A stretch of DNA of 62,497 nt, filler included. It is 7 parts of 7 records of this genome, joined end to end, with 100 filler letters (N's around TTAATTAATTAA, not from the genome) between each part and the next. Parts side by side here need not be neighbours in the genome. Positions count along the whole stretch, not along the records: positions 1 to 12,186 come from SRR31156797_27270; 6 more parts are not named here. The stretch is one strand, 5' to 3'. Made by a program: the position numbers and the translations under genes. Below the pieces are notes generated by a model. It made no database searches, was not told where the DNA came from, and saw nothing but the letters and a program-made list of their open reading frames with translations. Of the stretch, positions 1 to 10,241 are shown piece by piece (positions within the stretch are counted from its first letter, which is position 1; each line of letters starts with the position of its first letter).

Positions 1-2
1 AC

Positions 3-374
3 CGCCAGGCAGGTTCCGGGACCCGGGTCCTTTTTGACTACAAACTTAACCGGGCCGGAATTTCTTCGGATAAGATCGAAGGATATGACCATGAGGAATT
101 CACCCACATGGCGGTGGCGGTGGATATCCTGAGCGGGGCCGCTGATTGCGGCATGGGGATTCATGCGGCGGCAAAGGCCCTGGATCTCGATTTTGTCCCC
201 ATCGAACAGGAACAATATGATCTGATTGTGCCGACCCGGATGCTGGATCAGCCGAATATTCAAAGTACGCTGAACACCATGAGTTCCGACAATTTCAGAA
301 AACGGGTCGCTGCACTGGGCGGATACGATCCGTCGAGGAGCGGCGAACGTTTCGCGGAGGTGAAAAGTGGGTAA
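3..374 (+). CDS. C-terminal PBP-like (molybdate/tungstate-binding) domain of a MoeA-PBP molybdopterin biosynthesis protein, 5'-truncated
   Basis: Frame is open to the window edge: RQAGSGTRVLFDY...EEFTHMAVAVDILSGAADCGMGIHAAAKALDLDFVPI..EQYDL, typical of the PBP_like domain; next to modE-like and mobB genes. Confidence 0.85.
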   Translation, partial: RQAGSGTRVLFDYKLNRAGISSDKIEGYDHEEFTHMAVAVDILSGAADCGMGIHAAAKALDLDFVPIEQEQYDLIVPTRMLDQPNIQSTLNTMSSDNFRKRVAALGGYDPSRSGERFAEVKSG

Positions 375-708
375 AGACGTATCCCTAAGACTTAAAAGCC
401 GACACTGGGTTGTTGATGACCAGGACCGTATCATCATGGGAGAAGGGCGGAAGGAAATCCTGGAAACCATCGAAAAAACCGGATCCATCAACAAGACCGC
501 AAAACTGATGAAAATGAGCTACAAAGGGGTCTGGAGTAAAATCAAGGTCACCGAACAATATCTGGGCAGGGAGATCATACACTCGGACCGAAGAGACGGC
601 AGCCGGCTCACGTCGGAGGGGAAGGCCTTGATGGAAAAATACCGTACTTTAAAAGCACGTTGTCTGGAGGAAGACAACCGTTGTTTCAGCGACATTTTCG
701 GCGAATAG
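367..708 (+). CDS. ModE-family winged-helix regulator (N-terminal domain only)
   Basis: MGEGRKEILETIEKTGSINKTAKLMKMSYKGVWSKIK...GSRLTSEG matches the ModE wHTH pattern; overlaps the upstream stop. Confidence 0.85.
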   Translation: MGKDVSLRLKSRHWVVDDQDRIIMGEGRKEILETIEKTGSINKTAKLMKMSYKGVWSKIKVTEQYLGREIIHSDRRDGSRLTSEGKALMEKYRTLKARCLEEDNRCFSDIFGE

Positions 709-735
709 TTATCGATCGCAGGGAGGAGAAGCGGA

Positions 736-1245
736 TTGAATGAAATGAACCACCCCCCCATTATCTCCGTTGTGGGCTATTCCGGGGCGGGAAAAACAAC
801 CTTGATGGAAAAACTGATCGGTGAACTGACCCGCCGTAGTTACCGGGTCGGCAGCATCAAACATGACGTGCATGGGTTTGAAATGGATAAACCGGGAAAG
901 GACAGCTGGCGCCACAAACAGGCGGGGGCCTGCACAACACTTATTTCATCCCCCCACCAGATCGGTATGGTGATGGATGTTGACCACGATCACAACCCCG
1001 ATGAACTGAAGAAATTTTTCAGTAACGTGGATGTCATCTTAACTGAAGGGTATAAAAAACAACGCCGACCGAAAGTGGAAATTTTCAGATCCGAAATTCA
1101 TACTGAACCGCTCTGCCGCAGTGATGACAATATCGTTGCCATTATGAGCGATATTCCGGTTGAATTGAAGGTACGTCGATTCGCTCTGGATGATGTGGTC
1201 GGTCTGGTCGACTTTCTCGTGGAAAGATTTAAACTGACCCACTGA
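736..1245 (+). CDS. mobB: Molybdopterin-guanine dinucleotide biosynthesis protein B
   Basis: GYSGAGKTT Walker A, IKHDVHGFEMDKPGKDSWRH, LTEGYK; GGAGGAG 7 nt before a TTG start. Confidence 0.93.
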   Translation: MNEMNHPPIISVVGYSGAGKTTLMEKLIGELTRRSYRVGSIKHDVHGFEMDKPGKDSWRHKQAGACTTLISSPHQIGMVMDVDHDHNPDELKKFFSNVDVILTEGYKKQRRPKVEIFRSEIHTEPLCRSDDNIVAIMSDIPVELKVRRFALDDVVGLVDFLVERFKLTH

Positions 1246-1380
1246 ATTCCACAATCCACATTCCGCATTTGTAAAGATTCTTCTTGAAACCTTACCGCAA
1301 GCACTATAAAAGTAGGACATGTTGAACTCCGGGCCGCCCTTAAATGCATCGCCCTATTTATTGGATCACAAGGAGAGCCA

Positions 1381-2184
1381 ATGACGAGTATTCCCATAGC
1401 CGTTCTCATCCCCGCGGGCGTCAGTCTCGACAGCGCCTTTAACAACGATATCATTCAGATGATTCTGCATGCGGGACCCATGGTGAAATTTGTTCTGTTG
1501 ATTCTTTTTCTGTTTTCAATCGGTACATGGGCCATCATTTTTCTAAAATTCAGGTTGCTCCGAAAAGCCAGAGATGAAACCGACGATTTTCTGGAGCTTT
1601 TCTATGAATCCAGGGACATCAAAAAAATTTACCGGTCAAGCCAGTCTTTGAAACGCAGCCCGGTGGCCCGCCTTTTTCGTGCCGGCTATGCTGAATTCAC
1701 ACGATTCAGAAAAATACAAGTCAGCGATCCCGAATCCATATCGAAAGCCGGAGCCGCCCGCCAAACGGATTACCCGCTACGAAGCCAGCAGACCCTGATG
1801 GACAACCTGGAAAGGGCGTTGCGAAAAGCGGTGATTGATCAGAACAAGCGGCTTGAAAAGGCACTGGGGTTTCTGGCCACCACCGGAAACACAGCCCCCT
1901 TTATCGGCCTGTTCGGAACGGTCTGGGGCATCATGGAGTCCTTTCGCAGCATCGGCCTGAAAGGGTCTGCAAACCTGGCCGTGGTGGCCCCCGGCATTTC
2001 GGAAGCCCTTATCGCCACCGCCGCCGGTCTGGCGGCAGCCATCCCCGCCGTGGTGGCCTTTAACTATTTTACCCAGAGCGTAACATCCCTCCGCGCCGAA
2101 ATGGATATTTTCGCCACCGATTTTCTGAGCATGGTGGTCAGGCAATTTTTCAAGAAACCCACCGCAAGGAAGGGCGTTTTGTAA
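1381..2184 (+). CDS. tolQ: TolQ (MotA/TolQ/ExbB proton channel)
   Basis: LATTGNTAPFIGLFGTVWGIM, VAPGISEALIATAAGLAAAIPAV; operon with tolR/tolA/tolB. Confidence 0.95.
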   Translation: MTSIPIAVLIPAGVSLDSAFNNDIIQMILHAGPMVKFVLLILFLFSIGTWAIIFLKFRLLRKARDETDDFLELFYESRDIKKIYRSSQSLKRSPVARLFRAGYAEFTRFRKIQVSDPESISKAGAARQTDYPLRSQQTLMDNLERALRKAVIDQNKRLEKALGFLATTGNTAPFIGLFGTVWGIMESFRSIGLKGSANLAVVAPGISEALIATAAGLAAAIPAVVAFNYFTQSVTSLRAEMDIFATDFLSMVVRQFFKKPTARKGVL

Positions 2185-2185
2185 G

Positions 2186-2596
2186 ATGTCATTTAATACC
2201 GGTGGAAACAACAGGCAATTGATGTCGGAAATCAACGTTACACCCCTTGTGGATGTAATGCTGGTCCTGTTGATCATTTTCATGGTGGCCGCCCCCATGA
2301 TGATACAGGGTGTTGATGTTAATCTTCCGAAAACCGAGGCCAAAAACATTAAGACGTCGGATGAACCCCTCATGTTGACGGTGAACAGTAAAAAGGAAAT
2401 TTTCCTGGAAAGCCATAGAATTCCCATGGAAGGCCTGGAAATAAAAATTCGTAAAATCTTTGAGAACAGACGGAATAAGGAGGTGCTGTTGCGGGCGGAC
2501 AAGGATATCCCCTATGGGTTTGTCATTAATGTCATTGCCAGCGTGAAAAAGGCGGGAATCGAAAAGCTGGGAATGGTTACCGAACCTGTGGACTGA
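2186..2596 (+). CDS. tolR: TolR
   Basis: MSEINVTPLVDVMLVLLIIFMVAAPM, LRADKDIPYG. Confidence 0.95.
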   Translation: MSFNTGGNNRQLMSEINVTPLVDVMLVLLIIFMVAAPMMIQGVDVNLPKTEAKNIKTSDEPLMLTVNSKKEIFLESHRIPMEGLEIKIRKIFENRRNKEVLLRADKDIPYGFVINVIASVKKAGIEKLGMVTEPVD

Positions 2597-2601
2597 TTTT
2601 G

Positions 2602-3444
2602 ATGGAAGGCATACAGGTAAAAACCAGATCGGATCGCGAGATGGAACCTAAGATGAGCCGGTTCATATTGTTATCCCTTCTTCTTCATTTGGGGGCTTTG
2701 TCCCTGCTTCTTTTCCTTCCCGATCCCACTTCCACCCGAAAGATGAGCGGACCCACGGTTTACGAGGTAAACCTGGTCAGTTTACCCGCAGCCAAGCCGA
2801 AAGCATCGGCAAGATCCACTCAACCCGAAAAGACCGCAAAAAAAGTGTCCGGCTCAAAAAAACCGGTGGCGACCAAAAGGATCAGCACGCCCCGGAAAAA
2901 AGAAAAACCCGTTATCATTGGAAAAAGAACGGTTGAAAGAAAAAAAAGCACCCCCAAGAAAAAACCTAAACCCAAAAAGCCCAAGGTATCCCCATCCAAA
3001 CTCATAGACCAGGCTGTGGCGAAGATCAAAAAAAATGTCAGAACCCAAAAGAAAGAGCAACACCTGGACCGGGCTATTTCCAAAATCCAAAACAGTGTCA
3101 AAAAGTCGGAAACAGCCGGTACGGTAGGCGGGTCCGTGGAAGGGTTTTCCTTCCGCCTTTACCAGATGGAAGTGGAAGTGCGGATCAAGGACAATTGGCA
3201 GTTTGCGGTTGAACTTATCAGTCCGGCCAAACGAAAAGACGTTGAAGCCACAGTGGTCGTCAAGGTCAATCAAGATGGCACCATCTTAAAATCGTGGTTT
3301 AAGGACCGTTCAAGCAATGCCATCTTCGACGCTTCGGTCATAAAAGCGGTGGACCGATCAAATCCACTCCCCCCTTTTCCGGAAGGGTATAATAAGCGCC
3401 AGGATGAGATGGAAATCAGGTTCAATCTCAGTGAACTGGATTAA
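2602..3444 (+). CDS. tolA: TolA/TonB-type energy transducer
   Basis: N-terminal TM helix with SLLLH, Lys/Pro-rich linker, C-terminal SSNAIFDASVIKAV..PLPPFP; lies between tolR and tolB. Confidence 0.85.
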   Translation: MEGIQVKTRSDREMEPKMSRFILLSLLLHLGALSLLLFLPDPTSTRKMSGPTVYEVNLVSLPAAKPKASARSTQPEKTAKKVSGSKKPVATKRISTPRKKEKPVIIGKRTVERKKSTPKKKPKPKKPKVSPSKLIDQAVAKIKKNVRTQKKEQHLDRAISKIQNSVKKSETAGTVGGSVEGFSFRLYQMEVEVRIKDNWQFAVELISPAKRKDVEATVVVKVNQDGTILKSWFKDRSSNAIFDASVIKAVDRSNPLPPFPEGYNKRQDEMEIRFNLSELD

Positions 3445-3488
3445 AATTGAATTGCTACACAACATTAATGGCTGGTGGAGGTTAATAA

Positions 3489-4799
3489 ATGAGACGGACA
3501 CGGTTCCTATTGGGATGGTTTTTTGCTTGCGTTCTGCTCTTCTTTTGCTTGGAGGGTGTCACATCCGCGCGTATCTATATCGATATTAATGCCCCCTCCG
3601 TACCGAAATTCAATATCGCCATCCCGGATTTCAAAACCCTAGGGGGAGACAACAAACGTCCGGCATTGTCCACCGAGCTTTCCGGTGTTATAAGCAACGA
3701 TCTCGATTTGAGCGGTTATTTCAACCCCCTGGACAAAGGGGCGTTTCTGGAGGAAAAAGACGGTCCCCTCAAGGGAAAGGATATCAATTTCAAGGACTGG
3801 TCCGTCATCGGCGCCGAGCTTCTTTTAAAAGGCGGCTACATCTGTGTGGGCAATCGCCTGGAAGTTGAAATCAGACTTTTCGATGTCTTCCGGGGGCGCC
3901 AGATCCTGGGCAAGAGGGCACTGGGGAAACTGGATGAATACCGGCATCTGATGCATCGGCTCTCAAATGAAATCATCCTCAAACTGACCGGACATGAAGG
4001 TATTTTCCTGACCCGCCTGGCATTCGTGGGGACCGCCACGGGACAAAGGGAAATCTATGCTTGCGATTACGACGGACACAACGTCAGGCCCCTGACAAAG
4101 GACAAGAGCATCGCTCTTTTGCCCAGATGGTCTCCCGATGGGAAAAAGATTGTTTACAACTCCTACAAAAATGGCGGACCCATGCTTTACCTGAGAGACC
4201 TGGTCACCGGGGCTTTCAGACGTCTGTCGGGCCGGTCGGGACTGAACATCGGGGCATGCTGGGCCCCTGACGGCAAAGAACTGGCCTTGACCATGAGCCA
4301 CAAAGGGAATCCCGATATCTTCACCATCGATCTTCAGGGAAAAATCCAGAAACAGCTTGTGGAACATTGGGGAATTGATGTGTCTCCGGCGTTTTCCCCC
4401 GACGGCACCAGGCTGGCGTTTGTCTCCAACCGATCCGGTTCTCCGCAGATCTATCTTCTGGAAATTTCCAGCGGAAGAGTGGACCGTCTCACCTATGAAG
4501 GCCAATACAATACATCCCCCGCCTGGTCAACGCTCAACCGGATCGTCTTTGTGGGAAAGACCGACGGAAACTTTGATATCTTTACCATGGAACCGGACAG
4601 CGGCCGAACCAAGAGACTCACCGCGGATGCCGGCAATAACGAGGACCCCTGCTGGTCACCGGACGGCAGGTATATCGCCTTCAGCTCCAACCGAACCGGC
4701 CGGTACCACATCTATATCATGAACGCCAACGGGCGGACCCAGCGACGGGTAACCTTTGAAAAGGGAAAGCAGACATCCCCTTCCTGGGGGCCGGAGTGA
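3489..4799 (+). CDS. tolB: TolB beta-propeller protein
   Basis: Signal peptide, IAIPDF N-domain, repeated PxWSPDG (PD40) motifs. Confidence 0.95.
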   Translation: MRRTRFLLGWFFACVLLFFCLEGVTSARIYIDINAPSVPKFNIAIPDFKTLGGDNKRPALSTELSGVISNDLDLSGYFNPLDKGAFLEEKDGPLKGKDINFKDWSVIGAELLLKGGYICVGNRLEVEIRLFDVFRGRQILGKRALGKLDEYRHLMHRLSNEIILKLTGHEGIFLTRLAFVGTATGQREIYACDYDGHNVRPLTKDKSIALLPRWSPDGKKIVYNSYKNGGPMLYLRDLVTGAFRRLSGRSGLNIGACWAPDGKELALTMSHKGNPDIFTIDLQGKIQKQLVEHWGIDVSPAFSPDGTRLAFVSNRSGSPQIYLLEISSGRVDRLTYEGQYNTSPAWSTLNRIVFVGKTDGNFDIFTMEPDSGRTKRLTADAGNNEDPCWSPDGRYIAFSSNRTGRYHIYIMNANGRTQRRVTFEKGKQTSPSWGPE

Positions 4800-4891
4800 T
4801 TGTCAAAAGAGGATAATGGAAAATGATATCCTTGAGGCATCCCGCACAATTAAGATGCTGAAACCGATCATTGTCAGTCACTTGAGAAAAC

Positions 4892-5407
4892 ATGAAACCG
4901 TTTCTAAAAATCCTAGTCGGTTGCTGCTGGATCGCCCTGCTGCTCTTCTTTGCGAGCTGTGGGGCTCCCCAGCGTTATTGGCCGCAAGAAGACATAATTG
5001 GGTCGGAAACGGCCGTGCCCGTTGGTAGTCGAGTCGTGCTTATCGCATCACGCAGCAGCGATTTCAAGAAACTGCTCGTGGCAAAATTGCATGAGCAACT
5101 CGCCGCTGTCGGCTTGGCGCAGAAAACAATCGGCGTTAGGGGACTGGCGCAGGTCGATTCAACAGACTATGCGGCTGTGGTTATTATCAACACCTGCCTT
5201 GCATGGGGATTCGACCATGATGTTCAGACATTCTTGGACCGCCAAAAGACGGACGAAAACATTATTGTCCTTACCACATCCGGCAATGGCGCCTGGCTCC
5301 CGGACCAGGGTGGAAAAGACTTTGACGCCATTTCTGCTGCATCGACGATGACATCCGTGGACACGGTAGTTGGAAATATCATGGCCGGCATCCAATCACG
5401 GCTGTAA
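4892..5407 (+). CDS. Hypothetical lipoprotein with an alpha/beta (flavodoxin-like) pattern; not Pal
   Basis: Lipobox LFFASC after a hydrophobic stretch; RVVLIAS...DYAAVVIINTCLAWG...IIVLTTSG; no OmpA-like GHTD motif. Confidence 0.7.
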   Translation: MKPFLKILVGCCWIALLLFFASCGAPQRYWPQEDIIGSETAVPVGSRVVLIASRSSDFKKLLVAKLHEQLAAVGLAQKTIGVRGLAQVDSTDYAAVVIINTCLAWGFDHDVQTFLDRQKTDENIIVLTTSGNGAWLPDQGGKDFDAISAASTMTSVDTVVGNIMAGIQSRL

Positions 5408-6193
5408 TACGAAAACCAAAACCGAAGAATTGATGGCAACTTTTCTGAAAGCTATCGGGCCGGCTTGCTGAATTCCATATTCCGGCAGCCCGAAAAAGTG
5501 AAGACAAAGCGTTTTCCGATCTGCTGAACAAACTTGTGGGATTTGCGAAGAAGCAACAGCTGAGGCGCCCTGAACATCGAAGGGCGCAAAGAGCTGGCAA
5601 TTGCATGATCGCCACCGCCCAAGGCATTACGCTAGGGGCGGTGACTAGCACAAAACCAACAGGTCAAGGGGTGCAGAAAATTCCATGTCACAGGTCATTT
5701 CTGAGACCCTATCTTGTTGAAACCTGACCACTATATACTGTGGTCGACTCAATATCACTTTTATTCCAAATATCAGCAGTAACAACAGGTTTAGCAGAAG
5801 CGATGTATGTTGGAGGTATCTCAGTGTTTCGTTCCCCCTACATTTGTTTGGCATCCATGACATATCTCAACCTTCGATTCGCCCCTCTGAATGATGATAT
5901 CACACGTTTTACCTCGGTTGACCTAAATAGCAGTTAGCACAACCCCTCCAACGCTGATAATATAAATGCGAAGGAGCACGGTTAAGCGTCAAGGAAGAGC
6001 CTTCCTTTGGTACGCCATTTGGACCTGGCCCGAGCGTAAAATGGGGTTACAGATTGATTAGGGTAATAACAACGCAAAATCCCGCCTTTCGCTGAAGAGT
6101 AATGGGGTTTTTGTGCGATCATAGACCACTTCTAATCCTCTTTCCCCTCTCGAAGTTGAAAGACGAAGATTGCTTCAGAATCAAGCGTAATTA

Positions 6194-6219
6194 GTGGCCG
6201 GAATGGGCCGGAATATGCA
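6194..6219. mobile_element. Orphan IS21-family-like terminal repeat
   Basis: GTGGCCGGAATGGGCCGGAATATGCA (reverse complement TGCATATTCCGGCCCATTCCGGCCAC): TG..CA end with tandem GGCCGGAAT units, as in IS21 ends; no istA/istB nearby. Confidence 0.6.
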
Positions 6220-6359
6220 CGTGTGTACTATATTGGCAGTTAAATGATTTTGTGATTTGCGGTAATATCCTTAAAAAGAGATGATAAAATTTGTTCTGAT
6301 CTACGTGCAGAATTAGGCAAGATAGCGCTGGGAAATAATTAACTTAAATCTATTGGTTA

Positions 6360-6497
6360 TCAGTCATCTTCTAAAACTTTCAGGAGTTCACTCCATTCTC
6401 CAGATCGTTTAATCTCTTCCAAAAGTTCTTTCTGGGATTTTAGCTCAAATTCATCTGATTCGAGACCATATAAACCATCGTCATATTGCTCAATCAT
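6360..6497 (-). CDS. 45-aa acidic small protein MIEQYDDGLYGLESDEFELKSQKELLEEIKRSGEWSELLKVLEDD (below the ORF-track cutoff)
   Basis: Read by hand; ATG 10 nt after the upstream TAG, with GAGG RBS overlapping that stop; 15 D/E versus 5 K/R. Confidence 0.65.
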   Translation of the reverse strand: MIEQYDDGLYGLESDEFELKSQKELLEEIKRSGEWSELLKVLEDD

Positions 6498-8648
6498 AAC
6501 ATTTCCTCTATGTTTGTATAGGATCTTTCTTGAACTTGTCTATATATACAATATCGTCATCTTTCGCAGATTGTAAAGAATTAGTTTTTAATGTTTTCAG
6601 CATGTCATTAAATGCAGCATGAATAACGCCTCTGAGGTTTCTATTTTCTGTTTCATGCTTAAGCTTGCGGAGCTTAGTAGCGGACGAATCAGATCCCACA
6701 TTGATTACTCCGATTACAGGCAATGATTTCCATGCAGCTGGAATTCTATCTTCTTTATCAGCAAGTTTGTCAAAATATTCTGTAATTGTAGGATGATATA
6801 ATGGAACTGAATAGAGCACCTCATATTTAGTCCCGGTTTTGGAAGCAACGTAAATATATTCATTAGATTCGTTCGCAATATATGTTATTGGGACACCTCG
6901 TTTATAAGCAATGCCCGCGTTCCCAACTCCTGGTTCCAAAACGAAATCCCAGCTGATATCTTTATCGCGACCATTTGTTTTCTTTAAGCCCTCAAATATT
7001 TCTAAACTATTTTTATGTCTGTCATAAGTCATGAAAGTCACACAGAATGTTTCATCCCCGAACCCACAAAACTTTTTATAAAGATCGTTGTACAAAGCAT
7101 TTATTATTTCAGATATTCGTTTAATAGGTATACCATTTCTCTTCATCCTTGTGGATCTGTAATTTGTAAGTAGAGCGCTGAAGGCATCGGTCTCGCCTTT
7201 AATATCGGACATAGGGAAATTTATGGGCATTTTTTCGCCAGATAATTCCCATGATACAGAATATTTATATCCAACAATGGGGTTTTTAATTTTTAATGCC
7301 CATTCTCCGTTTTCTGTAAATATTAAGTTGTTTTTTTCATGCTCTTGCATATAAGGGTCAGGGTCCCATGAGCCTCCTTCAAAAATGAGTTCACCTGAAC
7401 CATCTTTATTTGCATTAAAAATATTTTGATTGAAATATACCTGTAAAAAAGGCTTCCAGCTTTTCTTTTTTTCCGCAAAATCTATGACCAAATTCAGAGC
7501 CTTAATCGGTTGTTTAACAGTAAATTCTGTTGATTCAATAGGAATTTTATTTGAAGAGACCGCCCGAAAATACTCTTCCTTAGTCATAGCAAATGCACCT
7601 TGGGTTTTACTCTCAAAGCTAAAAGACAATGGTTGGTCGATATGCGAGACTGCGTAACCAAAAATTATTATACCTCCTAAACATTTATCATTGTTATTAT
7701 CGTCATTTTTCTGAAAAGTTATTCCTTTTAGCTTAGATGACTGATCAACATCAGCATGTACTATCTTTCCTTTATCGATATACACTTTTATTTGTTGGCT
7801 GAACTTATGCATATTTTCGATTACTTTTAATTCTCCATAATCAATTCTATGATCAGCTGTTCCGTCTTTAGAAATAGATACACGCTTAGTTACAGTATCA
7901 ATACTATATCCTTGATATCGGCAATTTCTTTCAAAAGCTCTGACTTTTTGACCTTCCCTTGTAAATAGTGATATTCCTTTGGGTTTTTTATCAGGTCCTG
8001 TTCCAAGAAAATCATGAGTTATTAAAACTCGACCATTTTTATAGATCGTGATTATATTGTATGAGTTTCTTTCCGAGTTTCTTCTTTTTGTTGAACTGCT
8101 CGCCGATAAAACACCCATTTCGTTTGATTCATCTGGTTCTGATTTTAATCTATAAAAATGTTTGTAATGTCTGTGTCCGTGCAGCACTAAGTCGAAATTA
8201 TTTTTAGTCAATTCACCTAATAATGTACCGGCATTACGCAAAATCAATAAAGGCTCGAAACTAGTAATGCCCTCCTCCTTTGTATAAGGAATTGGCAACG
8301 GGTGGTGGTGCATTAATGCAATTCTTAACGCATGCGCAGATCCTGGTGTATCCATTAGCTTTGTGGTAAGTGAATCAATGCTATATATTTCTTTTTTATT
8401 TATCTTGCCTGTTGCTAACCATAGCTTGCAGTTTGAATCGAAACAAAGAATGAAAATTCCGATATTCCTTAATGTTTCAAACGCCTTTTCTGAGAAGTTG
8501 TTTTCATTCAATTTGTGTTTTGTGCTTAATTTTCGGCAAATTGCTACATAAGCATCTTGTATTATTAACTGCAAATAAATATTAGGTCTCCATTTTTTGG
8601 TAAATGGATTTGTTAGCCACCGACATTTTTCGGCACCCTTCTCAAAAT

Positions 8649-10241
8649 CTGAAGTTTCACCGTATTTGACCCGCGATTTTTCAGGCGACCATGCGCAGCA
8701 AATCCGCCACAAATGATTTACGGGGGAGTTTCTCGTTTTTGTTGCAAACACGATTAAAATCCGGATCCAAGGCGGCCTTCGAAATGATGTGTCTGAGATC
8801 CGAGAAGGCGAAACTATTGCGACCTCTGACTTTATGTCGGCGTTCGGGAGTATTCTCAAGCCGAGCACCATAAATCCAGATAACAGCAGCAGCCATCATA
8901 GAGAAGTTGATATGATTGATGACGGCATGAGCGTTTCGGGCTTGGGTTTTACTGCTCCCAATGTCCTGTTTAAGTTCTTTGAAACCGGATTCGATCTTCC
9001 ACCTTGCGCCATAGTACTCTATGATTTGCTCTGTAGACAAGCTGAGATCAGTAGAAAAAATGGCAATCCACTGAGTTTTTCGAAAAACCCAGACCACACG
9101 GACGGGACATTTGAGGGTTTTAAGCATCAACAGTTTTGTGACAGCCTGCACTTCACGGTAATGGCCATAGAGGAACACGCGATGACATACTGCATCAAAT
9201 CTTATTTGGACAGCTATTTCGGAACATGACCCAAGACGGTCTCCATACTTACGGGTTCTGCCACGTTGTCCCTTTTTGCGCTTCGAAGGCATTGCATAGA
9301 GTACAGTGTTTGAACGTAACCGAGAGATCAAACTAAACAAAACGCTAAGATGTTTGTGCAGAGGCTTGTATAGACCGTTATTTCCAAACCAGCTGTCGCA
9401 AACAACAGTTACCGGGACATTTACAAAATGTGTTGCTAATTCGACCACCATTTCGACGGCTTGTTGTATTTTCGTTTGAAACTTTGAGGTCACTCCAGGG
9501 ACTGTCATGTTTTCTTTTTTGGCCGCGAGCGCCTTTTTGGGCAGATAAAATCGATATGAAAGTGGGATGCAAGCCCATCGGCCTTTGATGATTTTGAGCA
9601 GACCAACAACAACTACGTTTTGAGCCCAAGGGTATTTGGACTGGTTAGCCTTGGCAGCGTGATCGAAAATGTTGGCACATCCGAAGATTTTCTTCCCCGT
9701 TTTCGGGTTGATGAAATCATCAAGAGCCAGCAACAATCGTTCATTTGTCAGAGGCGAAGGAATAATGCCCCATAATTTGCTCCAGAGGTTTCGCCATGGG
9801 AGTTTGTTGGATGCCATGAAAGTATAGAACCGGCGACGATTTACATCCAAACCGAAAAGAGTATTAATGCATCGGAGAACATTTGAAGTAATGGAAGAGG
9901 AGAAAGGGGTAATGAATGCCAGAATGGTATATGCAAACCATCTGCTCCTTTCTTTGCCGAGATTAGTATGTGAGAATACTTTTTGAAGAGGACCAAGGAT
10001 ATCGTTTAGAATAAACATTTTGAACCATTCCTTTCTGCTGAGATATCAAAAACTTATGCGCATATTTTAGCACAAAGAAAGGGTGAGGTTCAAGAAAAAA
10101 GTCAGCCTATGTAGCTGAATTTATTGGCATATTAATTGCGAATTTTTCAAATTCCATGCCAGTTTTTGAGGCCCGCACGAACAAACCGAGCGGAAATGCG
10201 CGCTGAAATTCTGGCAGTTTAAAAAAAGTGTGAAACTTCAG
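8649..10241 (-). mobile_element. Complete 1593-bp insertion sequence (DDE type, IS701/IS4-like clan; family not resolved)
   Basis: TIRs CTGAAGTTTCAC (8649-8660) and GTGAAACTTCAG (10230-10241); 8-bp direct repeat CTCAAAAT at 8641-8648 and 10242-10249. Confidence 0.93.
8681..10018 (-). CDS. DDE transposase, 445 aa
   Basis: LALDDF, VVCDSWFG, YYGARWKIESGFKELKQ catalytic D/D/E pattern; enclosed by TIRs. Confidence 0.92.
   Translation of the reverse strand: MFILNDILGPLQKVFSHTNLGKERSRWFAYTILAFITPFSSSITSNVLRCINTLFGLDVNRRRFYTFMASNKLPWRNLWSKLWGIIPSPLTNERLLLALDDFINPKTGKKIFGCANIFDHAAKANQSKYPWAQNVVVVGLLKIIKGRWACIPLSYRFYLPKKALAAKKENMTVPGVTSKFQTKIQQAVEMVVELATHFVNVPVTVVCDSWFGNNGLYKPLHKHLSVLFSLISRLRSNTVLYAMPSKRKKGQRGRTRKYGDRLGSCSEIAVQIRFDAVCHRVFLYGHYREVQAVTKLLMLKTLKCPVRVVWVFRKTQWIAIFSTDLSLSTEQIIEYYGARWKIESGFKELKQDIGSSKTQARNAHAVINHINFSMMAAAVIWIYGARLENTPERRHKVRGRNSFAFSDLRHIISKAALDPDFNRVCNKNEKLPRKSFVADLLRMVA

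Noticed and set aside
1246-1270. Degenerate heptamer repeats (ATTCCAC AATCCAC ATTCCGC)
   Set aside because: Only about three copies; too short to support a function
5727-5744. ACCACTATATACTGTGGT as an NrdR box
   Set aside because: Single imperfect copy with no nucleotide-reduction gene nearby
5536-5937. Short ORFs of 63-72 aa in the intergenic patch
   Set aside because: No RBS, motif or consistent coding signal
8641-8871. N-terminal 77 aa of the 787-aa ORF as a native protein start
   Set aside because: It is IS and TSD sequence; the native N-terminus lies at 10568-10242
10107-10241. C-terminal tail (LKFHTFF...) of the 163-aa ORF
   Set aside because: Read-through into the IS terminal repeat
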